Source: a virus. Taken from it: a DNA stretch of 64,000 nucleotides. The translations under genes were made by a program, and so were the position numbers. The stretch covers positions 4,011 to 68,010 of IMG/VR virus record IMGVR_UViG_3300035703_000079. One strand, 5' to 3'. A model generated the notes under the pieces. The model did not search any database, was not told the origin of the DNA, and saw only the letters and a list, made by a program, of their open reading frames with translations. Below, piece by piece: positions 29,851 through 39,167 of this stretch; the stretch's first letter is position 1; each line of letters opens with the position of its first letter.

Positions 29851-30822
29851 ATGCAACGAAAAAGTTCAACAACAATTGAAATGGTGCGGGAGGTGTACTA
29901 CAATGACATCCCCGACGAGCTCAAAGAGAAAGCGAAGCCATTCCCGGAGAACGGGATTGCCAAGTTCCGAATCAATCCCATCTGGTTCACCAGCGTTCAG
30001 GAGCAACGAGGCACCGGGGAAGTGGGGCAGAATGTGACATTCTCCGGAACCACGCAGAAAGTGGGAACCCATGAAATATTGGGACAATGGCCAATCCGCT
30101 ACAAGGGCAAAACCTACAACCTTGGATTCATTGACGGGGAAACCATGGACGGCCCTACATTCCGGATGTATAGTAATGATTCCCGGGGCAATCTCTACAT
30201 CACCAAAAACGACAACAACTACGAGGAGCACTTCCTTGCCATTCAGTTTCACCCTCAAATGCGCTTTGATCCCATCACTGGGGAGCAACGTAAGAACTGG
30301 AAATGGGAATATGTTGACGAGGAGGCCGCTGGCGAAGCCATCATCACCACGGCAGAACGAGAGCTTGCCCTGAGCACTCAAATCATGTCGGAGCTCACCG
30401 CGTCGCAGCTTGACCTTTTGGTGAAACCGATGTACAACGGCATAGCGTTCTTCAACCAGCCTTCATTGATTGGAAAGCCGAAGGGCATCAAAGCGTTCTT
30501 GTATAACAAGGTGAAATCCGGGGAGAAAGGATTCCGGGAAGTGGAGCAAGCGATTGCCCGGATGAATAAAGCCCTTGAGGTGGACCTTGTGAAAGAAGGG
30601 TTGCGGCAGAATCATTTGATTTGGGCCAAGGAGAAGATTTCGCTGGCGAACGGCAAAGTGTTGTTCGAGGGAGCCATGGACATTCCCGTGAGTGTTGATG
30701 ACAAGGCGAAAACGTTGTTTGATACGTTCGGGCGTCAAGCGTGGTGGAAGGACGAAATGATTCCATTTCTTTCCGGGTATGCCTCAGCGGCCAATTCAAA
30801 ATCCAAACCAGCGGGTAAATAA
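29851..30822 (+). CDS. Hypothetical protein following the capsid gene
   Basis: 323-aa ORF in a syntenic position seen in crAss-like phages. Confidence 0.6.
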   Translation: MQRKSSTTIEMVREVYYNDIPDELKEKAKPFPENGIAKFRINPIWFTSVQEQRGTGEVGQNVTFSGTTQKVGTHEILGQWPIRYKGKTYNLGFIDGETMDGPTFRMYSNDSRGNLYITKNDNNYEEHFLAIQFHPQMRFDPITGEQRKNWKWEYVDEEAAGEAIITTAERELALSTQIMSELTASQLDLLVKPMYNGIAFFNQPSLIGKPKGIKAFLYNKVKSGEKGFREVEQAIARMNKALEVDLVKEGLRQNHLIWAKEKISLANGKVLFEGAMDIPVSVDDKAKTLFDTFGRQAWWKDEMIPFLSGYASAANSKSKPAGK

Positions 30823-30845
30823 CGCTGGGAGTGAGTGAAAAGAAG

Positions 30846-30869
30846 AAGGGGCCCGTAAGCCCCTTTTTT
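30846..30869. terminator. Bidirectional intrinsic terminator
   Basis: aaggggc-ccgtaa-gcccctttttt. Confidence 0.7.
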
Positions 30870-30994
30870 CATTTTATCGCCACCCATTCAGAAATGGCCC
30901 TTGTGAGCCAGAAACACATAAACGGGAAGAATACAGCAAACATAATTGCAATAAGGCCCAAGAGCCATCCGGGGAGTTTTTTTGGTGTTTTCAT
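30869..30994 (-). CDS. Small membrane protein (41 aa)
   Basis: MKTPKKLPGWLLGLIAIMFAVFFPFMCFW; preceded by a GTCGAAAGA box and CTGTTTTG. Confidence 0.55.
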   Translation of the reverse strand: MKTPKKLPGWLLGLIAIMFAVFFPFMCFWLTRAISEWVAIK

Positions 30995-31079
30995 GTTCAA
31001 AACAGCGTGTATTCCCCTTGAATTACAATCTCTTTCGACGGATTGAAAAAAGTCCCGGACAAACATTACTTTTGCCTAC

Positions 31080-31436
31080 ATGAACGCTATACGCATCGGA
31101 TGTCACTTGTTCCCCTCGGGGAAGGCTTCATGGGAGCCATCCGAGGTGTTAGCCCTGATTCTTTCATGCGAGGCATGGGACGCCTCCAATGGCCCTATGT
31201 TAGCCCATTGCGACGAAGTGGTGGCAGAATTTCTCATGGAATCCGGGCTTTATGAGCTTTACATTGAATGTATTCACGAAAGGGAACCCATCCCTTCGGA
31301 TGTAGAGCGCATTTCCCCTTTCTCCGGACATGACTTGCTAAACTTCGAGGAAGCGCAACAAGCATTGTCCCCGGAGAATCTGGCGTTGTACAAAGAAATC
31401 GAGCAATCACTACTCACCCTTAAAGCCCTTTCGTAG
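31080..31436 (+). CDS. Hypothetical protein
   Basis: ATG 5 nt after TACTTTTG. Confidence 0.6.
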   Translation: MNAIRIGCHLFPSGKASWEPSEVLALILSCEAWDASNGPMLAHCDEVVAEFLMESGLYELYIECIHEREPIPSDVERISPFSGHDLLNFEEAQQALSPENLALYKEIEQSLLTLKALS

Positions 31437-31438
31437 CC

Positions 31439-31642
31439 ATGGCCATAGACACTTCCTTGATTAACGCCTTTCAGCTCCGGGTTTACACCTTGAGTGCCAC
31501 TAACGGCAAAAGGACAAACGAAGGGCCAGACCAAACGGCGTTTGACGCCCAATCGGTGCTGGATGACATTGCGTACAGCCTTGAGATAAACGACGAAGTG
31601 CGGGCTGAATATTTACTTCAAAAACTCCGGGAAAATTTCTAA
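31439..31642 (+). CDS. Small hypothetical structural protein
   Basis: Tightly spaced within the tail operon. Confidence 0.55.
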   Translation: MAIDTSLINAFQLRVYTLSATNGKRTNEGPDQTAFDAQSVLDDIAYSLEINDEVRAEYLLQKLRENF

Positions 31643-31645
31643 GCC

Positions 31646-32323
31646 ATGCCGTATTCTGATTTGATTGTCAAGCCCATTATTGTTTCCGTCGCCGACGACG
31701 GCACTTCCATTGTTGTGGGAGATGATACGGGCACCTATCCGGAAAGCCCGGGAGGCTACGCCCCTACGGGGGAAGGAACGGCGACACGCCCGGCTTTAAA
31801 CCAAGTGCTGCGCTGGGTGATTTACCGGAAGGCCCCTTTTGACGATGTTGATTTTGTCCGGATACCCGCCGAGCAAACGGGAGTCCCGATTGAGCTTCCG
31901 ACAATAGGACTTGATGGGGAGTCCCTGATTGGGGCATGGCAGATATGCCTGCTTGTGGTGTCTGATTCGCTTAGTTATGCTGAGTTGTTGGACGAGGGGT
32001 ATGGCTTCGAGCAGTTCGTTGAAGCGGCGCAAAATGGCGGGGCTGTGGGCCAAGTGGGGCTGGCACTGAACACTTTCGGGGCTAATTGCTTCAATGATGC
32101 CCGGAGAAGGTATAATAATGCGCTTTTTCAGGGCGATTGCGACTCTACGGAGTATGAAACGCTGCTGGCCCTATGGCAGGGCGCTACGTCAAGTATTGTC
32201 GTAGGGCAAGCGTACGAGAACCCTTTGGACACAACGGGGGCTGCTTTCTATGAATCCGGGGATACAATTCTCCAATCCATAACGACATTCTGTAACACTC
32301 CGGGCTGTAAATGCAATTGTTAA
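31646..32323 (+). CDS. Putative tail hub / fibre adaptor protein
   Basis: DDTGTY...GGY motif and C-terminal CKCNC; directly precedes the fibre gene. Confidence 0.55.
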   Translation: MPYSDLIVKPIIVSVADDGTSIVVGDDTGTYPESPGGYAPTGEGTATRPALNQVLRWVIYRKAPFDDVDFVRIPAEQTGVPIELPTIGLDGESLIGAWQICLLVVSDSLSYAELLDEGYGFEQFVEAAQNGGAVGQVGLALNTFGANCFNDARRRYNNALFQGDCDSTEYETLLALWQGATSSIVVGQAYENPLDTTGAAFYESGDTILQSITTFCNTPGCKCNC

Positions 32324-35300
32324 ATGGCAACCTACTTAGATACCCTCTCTGAATTTACCACCAAGGCCCATGTCCGGATGTCGGAATTGGGCCTTGAGGC
32401 GGCAATCATCATCAATAACCAAGGGATGCCATGGAGTCAAATTCAGGCAATCAATTGGTATAACATTTTGCTCACGGGAGCAAACAATACGACACTCCCG
32501 GGGCTGACAGACGACATTCGTCTGGAGTTGCTTACGGTGTTGGTGGACAATGCCCGGCTGAATGAGATTCCGATTGTTTTCGGGGTGAATGGTCTTGTCC
32601 AAACGATAAGTGGGACGGTGATTTCCGAAGTGGCATGGGGGAGTATAACGGGGAACATCAATTCTCAATCCGACCTGATTGCCAAGTTCAACACCTATCT
32701 GCCGCTGGCGGGCGGCATTATGACGGGTGGCATTGACTTTAACGGGGACGGGCTTGGCATCGACGTATTCAACGAAGGCGACACCCTAAACATCGGGGCT
32801 TCGGCGGGGGTAATCCAACTTGGTCCTGATGCAGAGGTTAAGCTCAACATTGTGACAGAGGGGGCGTGGCAAGCGACCCCTATTCAACCTGCCTACGGCG
32901 GCCTTGGGGCTTTGACTTTGACGGGTCAGGCCGGAAAGGCGATTGTGGTGAATGGCGGGGAGAATGGGTATGGGTTTGCGACGATTCCTGACGGGTCGTT
33001 GTATGTATTGAAAGCCGGAAGCACCATGACGGGCAACCTGCTTTTTGATGCCAGCACCAAAATCGACGCTTCTTCCGGGATTCCGTTAGTGCTGGGAGGT
33101 ACGGCCTCTCAAATTACGGTGAACTCCCTGCTGGTGACGGGCAACATCGACGCTGCCACCATCACCGGAACGTGGGGCGGTGATGTTATCCCGTTTAGCA
33201 AGGGCGGCCTGAATGCGCCCCTAAGCGCCCCGGCGGGAAACCGTCTGGTTGGCTATTACAATTCCGGGTCTGGATTTGTAACGCTCTCCAACCTCGCCCT
33301 TAACAACTCTGGAGTTTTAAGCCTTGCCTCTACGCTTACGGGCGTGACTTGGGGCGGGTCCACAATTGGCGTTGGATTCGGGGGTACGGGTCTTAATTCA
33401 TTGGGGAGTGCCTTACAATACCTACGGGTGAACGCCGGGGGTACAGCGCTCGAATACGCTACCCTGACGGCTCTTTCCAACCCCATGACTACGCTGGGGG
33501 ATATTATCTACGGGGCTGCTTCTGGAACGCCTACACGGCTTGCTGGAAACACTTCTACAACCCGGCGATTCTTACGGCAAACGGGCGACGGCACCAATTC
33601 CGCCGCCCCGGCATGGGATGTCCTTTCAGCAAGCGATATTCCAAACATTGCCATTTCGCAAGTAACCAACCTCACTTCCCAACTTTCCGGCAAACTCTCC
33701 ACCACGCTTTCAAACACGTATATGTTTGTGGGCAACGGGGCTGGGGTTGCCGTGGGAGTAGCGATGTCTGGGGATGCCACGCTGGCAAACACGGGCGCTC
33801 TCACCATAGCCAATTCAGCCGTTACCTTTGCCAAATTCCAGAATATTTCGTCTGGCAACCTTTTGGGCCGTTATTCGGCTGGAAGCGGGGCGGTGCAGGA
33901 AATTACGTTGGGATCGGGCCTTACCCTTTCCGGGGCTGGAGTGCTTTCTGCTTCTGGCGGCGGCGGGGGTAGTCCCGGCGGGGCTTCTGGCGAAGTGCAA
34001 TGGAATAACAGCGGGGCTTTTGATGGCCTATCCATTTTCACTTACGATGGGGCGGACCTGAATGCCACAGCCGACAATTTCTTTTTCATTGACGCCACCA
34101 ACCCCACCTCAAGGGCTTGGTTTTTACTGAGCAACATTACGCCCGGCACAGACCGTAGGATTACCATTCAGGATTCCAACGGTACCATGGCCTATCTGGA
34201 AAACAAACTTGACGCCTTTGCCTCCACTACTTCGGCAGAACTGGCTTCGGTTATTTCCGATGAAACGGGGTCCGGGGCGTTGGTGTTTGCAACACAGCCT
34301 ACGCTTCGCACCCCTCGAATTGGTTCTGGCGGCGGGAACGGGCACATTCATTTGCATTATGCTACAAGCGCCCCGTCCGGCATTGCAAGTTTTACCACCC
34401 ACTACACGCAAGCAAACACGCTGGGCTGGATATTTGGCACCAATGCCTTTCAGTCGGTGTTTTCTTTTGCTGGCACCGCAACCCGCACTTACACTTTCCC
34501 GGATGCAAGCGGGGAAGTTGTGCTGGGTTCGGCTACGCAAACCCTCTCTAATAAAACCCTAACAAGCCCGGTTATCAACGTGGGCAGCGATGCCACCGGG
34601 GATGTGTACTATCGGGATTCTGGCGGGTTGTTTACCCGTTTGGGCATAGGTACCACGGGGCAGGTGCTCACTGTTTCTGCGGGCGGTATTCCTGAATGGG
34701 CTGCTGGTGGCGGAGGTGGAGGCGGCGTAACCACCGTAGGCACATTTTCTGCTTCGGCTCAGGCCAACGGGGCAAGTATTTCCGGGGTTACGATTACCTT
34801 CGGGCCTGCGGACGCTTCTACGCCCGGCATGGTATCAACCGGCACACAAACATGGGCTGGGGCCAAAACGCTTACCTCGGCGCTGACGATTACGCCGGGG
34901 ACAAACCAAATTGTGTTGGGAACAACCCGGACGGCTACTATTACGGCCCCAATTCCAAGCACATCGTCCCGGACATGGACCATGCCGGATGTTGCTGGCT
35001 ATACGGGTAACTATACGTTTGCTGCTTTAGAGGGCGCCCAAACCTTCTCCGGGGCTAAAACCTTTTCCGGCGCCATCACTCTCACCCGTGCGGGGTCTGG
35101 GATTGATTCCGGGGCTCAGATTGTTTTTTCGGGGGCTACATCCAACTGGATAATGTTCGGGGCTACTGGTGCAGGGGCGCCTACTTTTTCTGGATCGGGG
35201 CGTTCCGCAGGGACTAAATTGGTGTTATTTAATGCCATAGGGGTTTCTTCTGCGGATTATGCCATTGGCTACGCCTCTACGGAATTGTGGATTGGAACGG

Positions 35301-35593
35301 CTACGACATCCACCACCGTTGGGATTTATGCCGGAACTACTCGGGTTGCTCGGTTTGGTGGCAGCGCAAGCACGGCTATGACCATTACAGATGGGTTTAA
35401 CGTGGTGCTTGGCACGACTACCGGAACTCAATTTGGGACGGCCAGCACACAGCGGATTGGATTCTTGGGCGTAACCCCCGCCGTTGCTCAAACCGGGGCT
35501 GCCCAAACCGCTGGGGCCACTTATGGGGCCACAGAACAGGATATGCTTCAAAAGGCGTATAATGCGCTCAGAACTTTTGGATTTTTACAATAA
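32324..35593 (+). CDS. Tail fibre protein
   Basis: 1089 aa, Gly/Thr/Ser-rich; YLPLAGG.MTG, GGTG, QTLSNKTLTSP and AQTFSGAKTF fibre motifs. Confidence 0.85.
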   Translation: MATYLDTLSEFTTKAHVRMSELGLEAAIIINNQGMPWSQIQAINWYNILLTGANNTTLPGLTDDIRLELLTVLVDNARLNEIPIVFGVNGLVQTISGTVISEVAWGSITGNINSQSDLIAKFNTYLPLAGGIMTGGIDFNGDGLGIDVFNEGDTLNIGASAGVIQLGPDAEVKLNIVTEGAWQATPIQPAYGGLGALTLTGQAGKAIVVNGGENGYGFATIPDGSLYVLKAGSTMTGNLLFDASTKIDASSGIPLVLGGTASQITVNSLLVTGNIDAATITGTWGGDVIPFSKGGLNAPLSAPAGNRLVGYYNSGSGFVTLSNLALNNSGVLSLASTLTGVTWGGSTIGVGFGGTGLNSLGSALQYLRVNAGGTALEYATLTALSNPMTTLGDIIYGAASGTPTRLAGNTSTTRRFLRQTGDGTNSAAPAWDVLSASDIPNIAISQVTNLTSQLSGKLSTTLSNTYMFVGNGAGVAVGVAMSGDATLANTGALTIANSAVTFAKFQNISSGNLLGRYSAGSGAVQEITLGSGLTLSGAGVLSASGGGGGSPGGASGEVQWNNSGAFDGLSIFTYDGADLNATADNFFFIDATNPTSRAWFLLSNITPGTDRRITIQDSNGTMAYLENKLDAFASTTSAELASVISDETGSGALVFATQPTLRTPRIGSGGGNGHIHLHYATSAPSGIASFTTHYTQANTLGWIFGTNAFQSVFSFAGTATRTYTFPDASGEVVLGSATQTLSNKTLTSPVINVGSDATGDVYYRDSGGLFTRLGIGTTGQVLTVSAGGIPEWAAGGGGGGGVTTVGTFSASAQANGASISGVTITFGPADASTPGMVSTGTQTWAGAKTLTSALTITPGTNQIVLGTTRTATITAPIPSTSSRTWTMPDVAGYTGNYTFAALEGAQTFSGAKTFSGAITLTRAGSGIDSGAQIVFSGATSNWIMFGATGAGAPTFSGSGRSAGTKLVLFNAIGVSSADYAIGYASTELWIGTATTSTTVGIYAGTTRVARFGGSASTAMTITDGFNVVLGTTTGTQFGTASTQRIGFLGVTPAVAQTGAAQTAGATYGATEQDMLQKAYNALRTFGFLQ

Positions 35594-35946
35594 TGGAAAA
35601 CGAAAACATTCTCTCCGTCTATTCACATCCCGACTACCCATCGCTGGCAAGGCAGGTGGACCTAACGGAAGTAGGGTTTACTTATGACCCCAAGAATAAG
35701 ATTGTGGTGCTGGAGGTCCCGGTGCAAACATTAGACCCGGACGGGAACACAATCAAAGAGATGTCAAAGCCTTATTTCCTCAATGCCACCAACGAAACGA
35801 AGGTGAATCAATTAGGGCAGCCGGACCCGCAGGGGGAGATTGGGGAATTTGACTTTTTTCAAGCACTGGCGAAAAGCCCCGTTGTTATATTTGACCTTTT
35901 GAAAGGCAAGGTGCAATGGGCCGATGCCACAAACAGACTTCATTAA
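35593..35946 (+). CDS. Putative tail fibre chaperone
   Basis: TAATG-coupled immediately downstream of the fibre gene. Confidence 0.45.
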   Translation: MENENILSVYSHPDYPSLARQVDLTEVGFTYDPKNKIVVLEVPVQTLDPDGNTIKEMSKPYFLNATNETKVNQLGQPDPQGEIGEFDFFQALAKSPVVIFDLLKGKVQWADATNRLH

Positions 35947-35949
35947 ATC

Positions 35950-36291
35950 ATGGAAATACAACCATACGAGGCGGCAAAGGCCGCATTTGCGCTCAGGGAG
36001 TTGAGCTTGCAGAAAATGAGTTTCAAGGCCGCCTATGCGGTGAAGCGCAACCTCGACTTTTTGGGCGGATATGCCGAAAAGTATGAGGCAGACCTCAAAG
36101 CTAAAGAGGTGAAGACCCCGGCGGAGTTTGTTGCCGCCGATGCCGAAATCAAGGCCAAATGGCTGGAACTGCCCAAAGAGAACGTCCAGACTTACGCCAT
36201 TGACTTCTCCACCGAAGGGCCGGACTTCCAGATTGCCCCGGACATTTTAAGCCGTATCTCTTTTTTGTTGAAAGATGAAACACCAGCCTGA
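35950..36291 (+). CDS. Hypothetical protein (fibre-chaperone-like)
   Basis: KAAYAVKRN helix typical of small post-fibre genes. Confidence 0.5.
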   Translation: MEIQPYEAAKAAFALRELSLQKMSFKAAYAVKRNLDFLGGYAEKYEADLKAKEVKTPAEFVAADAEIKAKWLELPKENVQTYAIDFSTEGPDFQIAPDILSRISFLLKDETPA

Positions 36292-36745
36292 AGCCTTCGA
36301 CGTGCGCCTGATGCGGGTGCCTCGGGAGCGATTCGTTAAAAAGACCAAAGCCTACATTTTCGGCCTTTTCCCGGAAACCAGATGGGAGCGGGAAGTGGAA
36401 ATCCGGGATGAAGCCTGGATTGCCCTTAAAATCTCCCTCACCGACCGGGATACGCCCACCCTCTATTGGGCCGGGATGACCGAAAAGGGATTTGCCATCA
36501 TGCTCGATGGCCCGCAGCTTGCCGGTGAAATTACCTCAAAGGGGTGGGATGTCCTTGATACTTTCCGCATCGACGGCTTTGCCAGCCTCGACAAAATCAA
36601 GCGGGTAATTGGGAGAACCCGGCTGGAGGGAGTGGACCTCACCGACGCCCGGGCCATTGCCTACATTTTCAGCCTTCCGGATTGGGAGAAAGCCACGGTG
36701 AAGAGTTTAACCCTGAGTGCCAAGAAGGACGATGAGGTTTATTGA
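36275..36745 (+). CDS. Hypothetical protein
   Basis: 156-aa ORF overlapping both neighbours. Confidence 0.55.
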   Translation: MKHQPEAFDVRLMRVPRERFVKKTKAYIFGLFPETRWEREVEIRDEAWIALKISLTDRDTPTLYWAGMTEKGFAIMLDGPQLAGEITSKGWDVLDTFRIDGFASLDKIKRVIGRTRLEGVDLTDARAIAYIFSLPDWEKATVKSLTLSAKKDDEVY

Positions 36746-36995
36746 CATCTACCGATACGCAACCGATTGGAGTTGCGAGCACAAAAGGGCGTTCTGGGGA
36801 GCGCTCCTTCTAATGGATGGTCCATTGCTTACAATTGACTTCAGCATTCTCTATGTTTGGTTTTGGGCCCCGGAGGCCCTCACCTACTTTGGGCAAGGGC
36901 TGGGAATTGTGGCTTCCGGGTCAGGCATCTACCTGACTTGGCTTAGAATTAAGCAGGTGCGGCGTGATTTAAACAAGAAGAAAGATGATGGTTGA
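36732..36995 (+). CDS. Putative holin
   Basis: Two hydrophobic segments and a basic C-terminus (RRDLNKKKD); end of the late operon. Confidence 0.5.
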   Translation: MRFIDIYRYATDWSCEHKRAFWGALLLMDGPLLTIDFSILYVWFWAPEALTYFGQGLGIVASGSGIYLTWLRIKQVRRDLNKKKDDG

Positions 36996-37059
36996 TAGTT
37001 CTGATTATCGCCATCATTCACCTTATGCTTAGGGTGTATCTTTGGTGGCTTCGGAAACA

Positions 37060-37092
37060 AAAAAAAGGCCCGGGATAACTCTCCGGGCTTTT
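37060..37092. terminator. Bidirectional intrinsic terminator
   Basis: A run, gcccggg...ccgggc stem, T run. Confidence 0.7.
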
Positions 37093-37122
37093 CGCATTTT
37101 AATACACCAAGATTAACCAAAT

Positions 37123-37524
37123 TTACAAGTCTTTCAATCTCTCAATTACATCCTTTGTCGTATGCCCGTCGAAGGGCGGGGCTTTGTCCAATATGTCATT
37201 GTGTGGAAAATCATCCCACATCTCAATCGGGAGATGAAAGGAGATTTGCCTGCCTGATTCTTGATTTATCCCAGCAAGGAAATATCCCTCAAGCTCAACC
37301 CCATTCGGGTGGCGTTTTGAGCGCCATAGAAAGTCATTGCCGGAAAAAATATACTCACCATACGCCGCACTAATCGCCGCACTAATCGCCGCACACAGCG
37401 CCACAAACAAAGCGTTCCTCGTTTCATACAACTCCTCGAAGGAATGAAAGCCATCGGATAGTTGCGCCCGGTCCTCGGAGGGTAGGGCGTCGATAAAGCG
37501 TTGGACGGTGGATGTTGGTTCCAT
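37123..37524 (-). CDS. WDGH-domain-like phage protein
   Basis: SDGFHSFEELY..R..LF, QISFHLP and FDGHT motifs; start at ATG 37524. Confidence 0.7.
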   Translation of the reverse strand: MEPTSTVQRFIDALPSEDRAQLSDGFHSFEELYETRNALFVALCAAISAAISAAYGEYIFSGNDFLWRSKRHPNGVELEGYFLAGINQESGRQISFHLPIEMWDDFPHNDILDKAPPFDGHTTKDVIERLKDL

Positions 37525-37637
37525 ATTGTGTTTTGTTTGAAATTCCCGGCTATTACGGATTCCCGAAGGAAGCGTGAGTTTCGCAATTCGATGCCCCGCC
37601 CATTTGCGCATTGTTAAGAGGCGTGGCGGGGGACTTG

Positions 37638-37709
37638 TGGACGGGAAGGGACTCGAACCCTTAGCTTTCGGAATCGTGCCGAATATGTTACCAATTACAC
37701 CACATATCC
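37638..37709 (-). tRNA. Non-canonical or pseudo tRNA (anticodon loop CACGATT, nominal CGA)
   Basis: GGATATG TG GTGT-AATTGGTA-ACAT A TTCGG-CACGATT-CCGAA AGCT AAGGG-TTCGAGT-CCCTT CCCGTCC A. Perfect T and anticodon arms, two acceptor mismatches, A33, no encoded CCA. Confidence 0.65.
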
Positions 37710-37861
37710 ATTTTTTAAGAACACTTTGCCTTTCAGCGATGCCCCGACGTTGTACTTTCCTCCATTCGTCGGGGTGGTACCCCTCTTTCGAGATCAATGC
37801 AAAAGTACCCCCCTTGCCCCATCTCAACAAACTATTATCTTTGACCCAAACGAAACACCCC

Positions 37862-38143
37862 ATGAAATACCTCATTTTCTCGATAATCGTTTTAACCGGG
37901 TGCCACGAAGCCCGCATCAAACAACTAGAAAAACAAGATTCCCTCAAAACCGAACGACAATTCCTGCTTGAAGCCTATGTCGGGGCGCAGTCCGAACGAA
38001 TCGACTCCCTCGAATCCGCCATTTACGCACAAGGACAAGGGCTTGTCTATCTGGATTCTATCGTTCAAGAACGCAAGTTCAAGCGGGACCGCTGGGGCAA
38101 AGCCGGGGCGTTTATCGGGGGTGTTATTAAGGCGGTGAAATGA
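37862..38143 (+). CDS. Lipoprotein, putative spanin
   Basis: Lipobox VLTGC, coiled coil, Gly-rich hydrophobic C-terminus; overlaps the endolysin start; TATCTTTG promoter upstream. Confidence 0.6.
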   Translation: MKYLIFSIIVLTGCHEARIKQLEKQDSLKTERQFLLEAYVGAQSERIDSLESAIYAQGQGLVYLDSIVQERKFKRDRWGKAGAFIGGVIKAVK

Positions 38144-38592
38144 GCTTCTTCAAAATAACCGAGCTTGTCCCGCAGGCCACCTATCAGGAGTTCGGGGAGG
38201 ATTCCATCCAATTCCTGCACCCCGACCTTATTCCGTCCCTAAACGCCCTGCGGGAGAAACTCGGGTATGGCCTGATTGCAAACAATTGGGATTCCGGTGG
38301 TACATTCAACTTCCGGGGGTATCGCCCGGATTGGTACAAGGGCGGTGCGCCACGTTCCCTGCATCGCAAGGGGATGGCCATTGACTTCCACGGGGCCGGG
38401 GTGCCCATGAAACAGCTATGTATTGACATCTGGCAACTCCGGGATTGGATACCGGAAAACACGGCGTTCCACCGGATTGAATCCTTTGAGGTTACGGCTC
38501 GGAAAAACAGGCGTGGGGAGATTGTTTCGGGTTGGTGTCACCTAGACATGGGAGGCCCTAAGCCGAAGGAATTGGTGGTGTTTATGCCATAA
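38140..38592 (+). CDS. Endolysin, peptidase M15-like
   Basis: RGYR, SLHRKGMAIDF and WCHLD zinc-peptidase motifs. Confidence 0.8.
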   Translation: MSFFKITELVPQATYQEFGEDSIQFLHPDLIPSLNALREKLGYGLIANNWDSGGTFNFRGYRPDWYKGGAPRSLHRKGMAIDFHGAGVPMKQLCIDIWQLRDWIPENTAFHRIESFEVTARKNRRGEIVSGWCHLDMGGPKPKELVVFMP

Positions 38593-38782
38593 AAAAGCCC
38601 CGGATATTACTCGGGGCCCTTCCAAATCCTCTTAGCGACTCGCCAAGCGGCGCGGGGTCCAATTCTTGCTCCGTGGAAGTCCCGGAAGACAATCCGGACA
38701 AAGAGCCAAAGGGCGTTTAACATAGGTTTTATGGTTTAGGCCCCACCGTTTTGGCAGGGCTGGAGTTGCGTTTAGCGAATTG

Positions 38783-39085
38783 TTATAAGCAATTGCTAAG
38801 AACCTGCTTCCAATTGAGTTTTTCGCCACAATAAGGGCAGTAAACAAATCTACTTAAATAACCTTTTCTGCCATCTACTATTTGACTTTTAGTTTGTGGT
38901 TCTCCATTCAATAAACCATACTTTTTAAAAGTCGGCTGAATATTTACAATCTTTTCTACTTCAAAATCAATAGTAGATTTGTTTACTTTTTCTCCACTAA
39001 GAAATCCTACCAAGCAATCGCAACTGCTTATAACAGCAGTCTTGCGTAATGCGGGGTTCTGTGGTTTATCAATCTTTTGTCCCAT
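38783..39085 (-). CDS. Cassette gene, Zn-ribbon-like protein
   Basis: CDC and YCPYCG motifs; N-terminus NPALRKTAVISS is encoded by the repeat arm. Confidence 0.65.
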   Translation of the reverse strand: MGQKIDKPQNPALRKTAVISSCDCLVGFLSGEKVNKSTIDFEVEKIVNIQPTFKKYGLLNGEPQTKSQIVDGRKGYLSRFVYCPYCGEKLNWKQVLSNCL

Positions 39086-39163
39086 AATTGAATATTTGTG
39101 CTTTAACAAAGTGTAGTGCATTTTAAGCCCGCACTAACGCAAGGCTGCGAAACGTTACAGGCA
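39025..39163 (+). repeat. attC-like site 1
   Basis: tgcttaTAACagcagtcttgcgtaatgcggg ... cccgcactaacgcaaggctgcgaaacGTTAcaggca. Confidence 0.8.
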
Positions 39164-39167
39164 AGTG

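Noticed and set aside
32324-35593. Diversity-generating retroelement or invertible shufflon at the tail fibre
   Set aside because: No reverse transcriptase, invertase, template repeat or inverted alternative fibre tips were seen.
37750-37765. GAGGAAAGTAC resembling RNase P RNA conserved region I
   Set aside because: No matching CR V or P4 partner was found and the element is too short.
37123-37947. 274-aa minus ORF and 189-aa plus ORF (37574..38143) as listed in the track
   Set aside because: Their N-terminal extensions run through the tRNA/ncRNA cluster; the real starts are better placed at 37524 (-) and 37862 (+).
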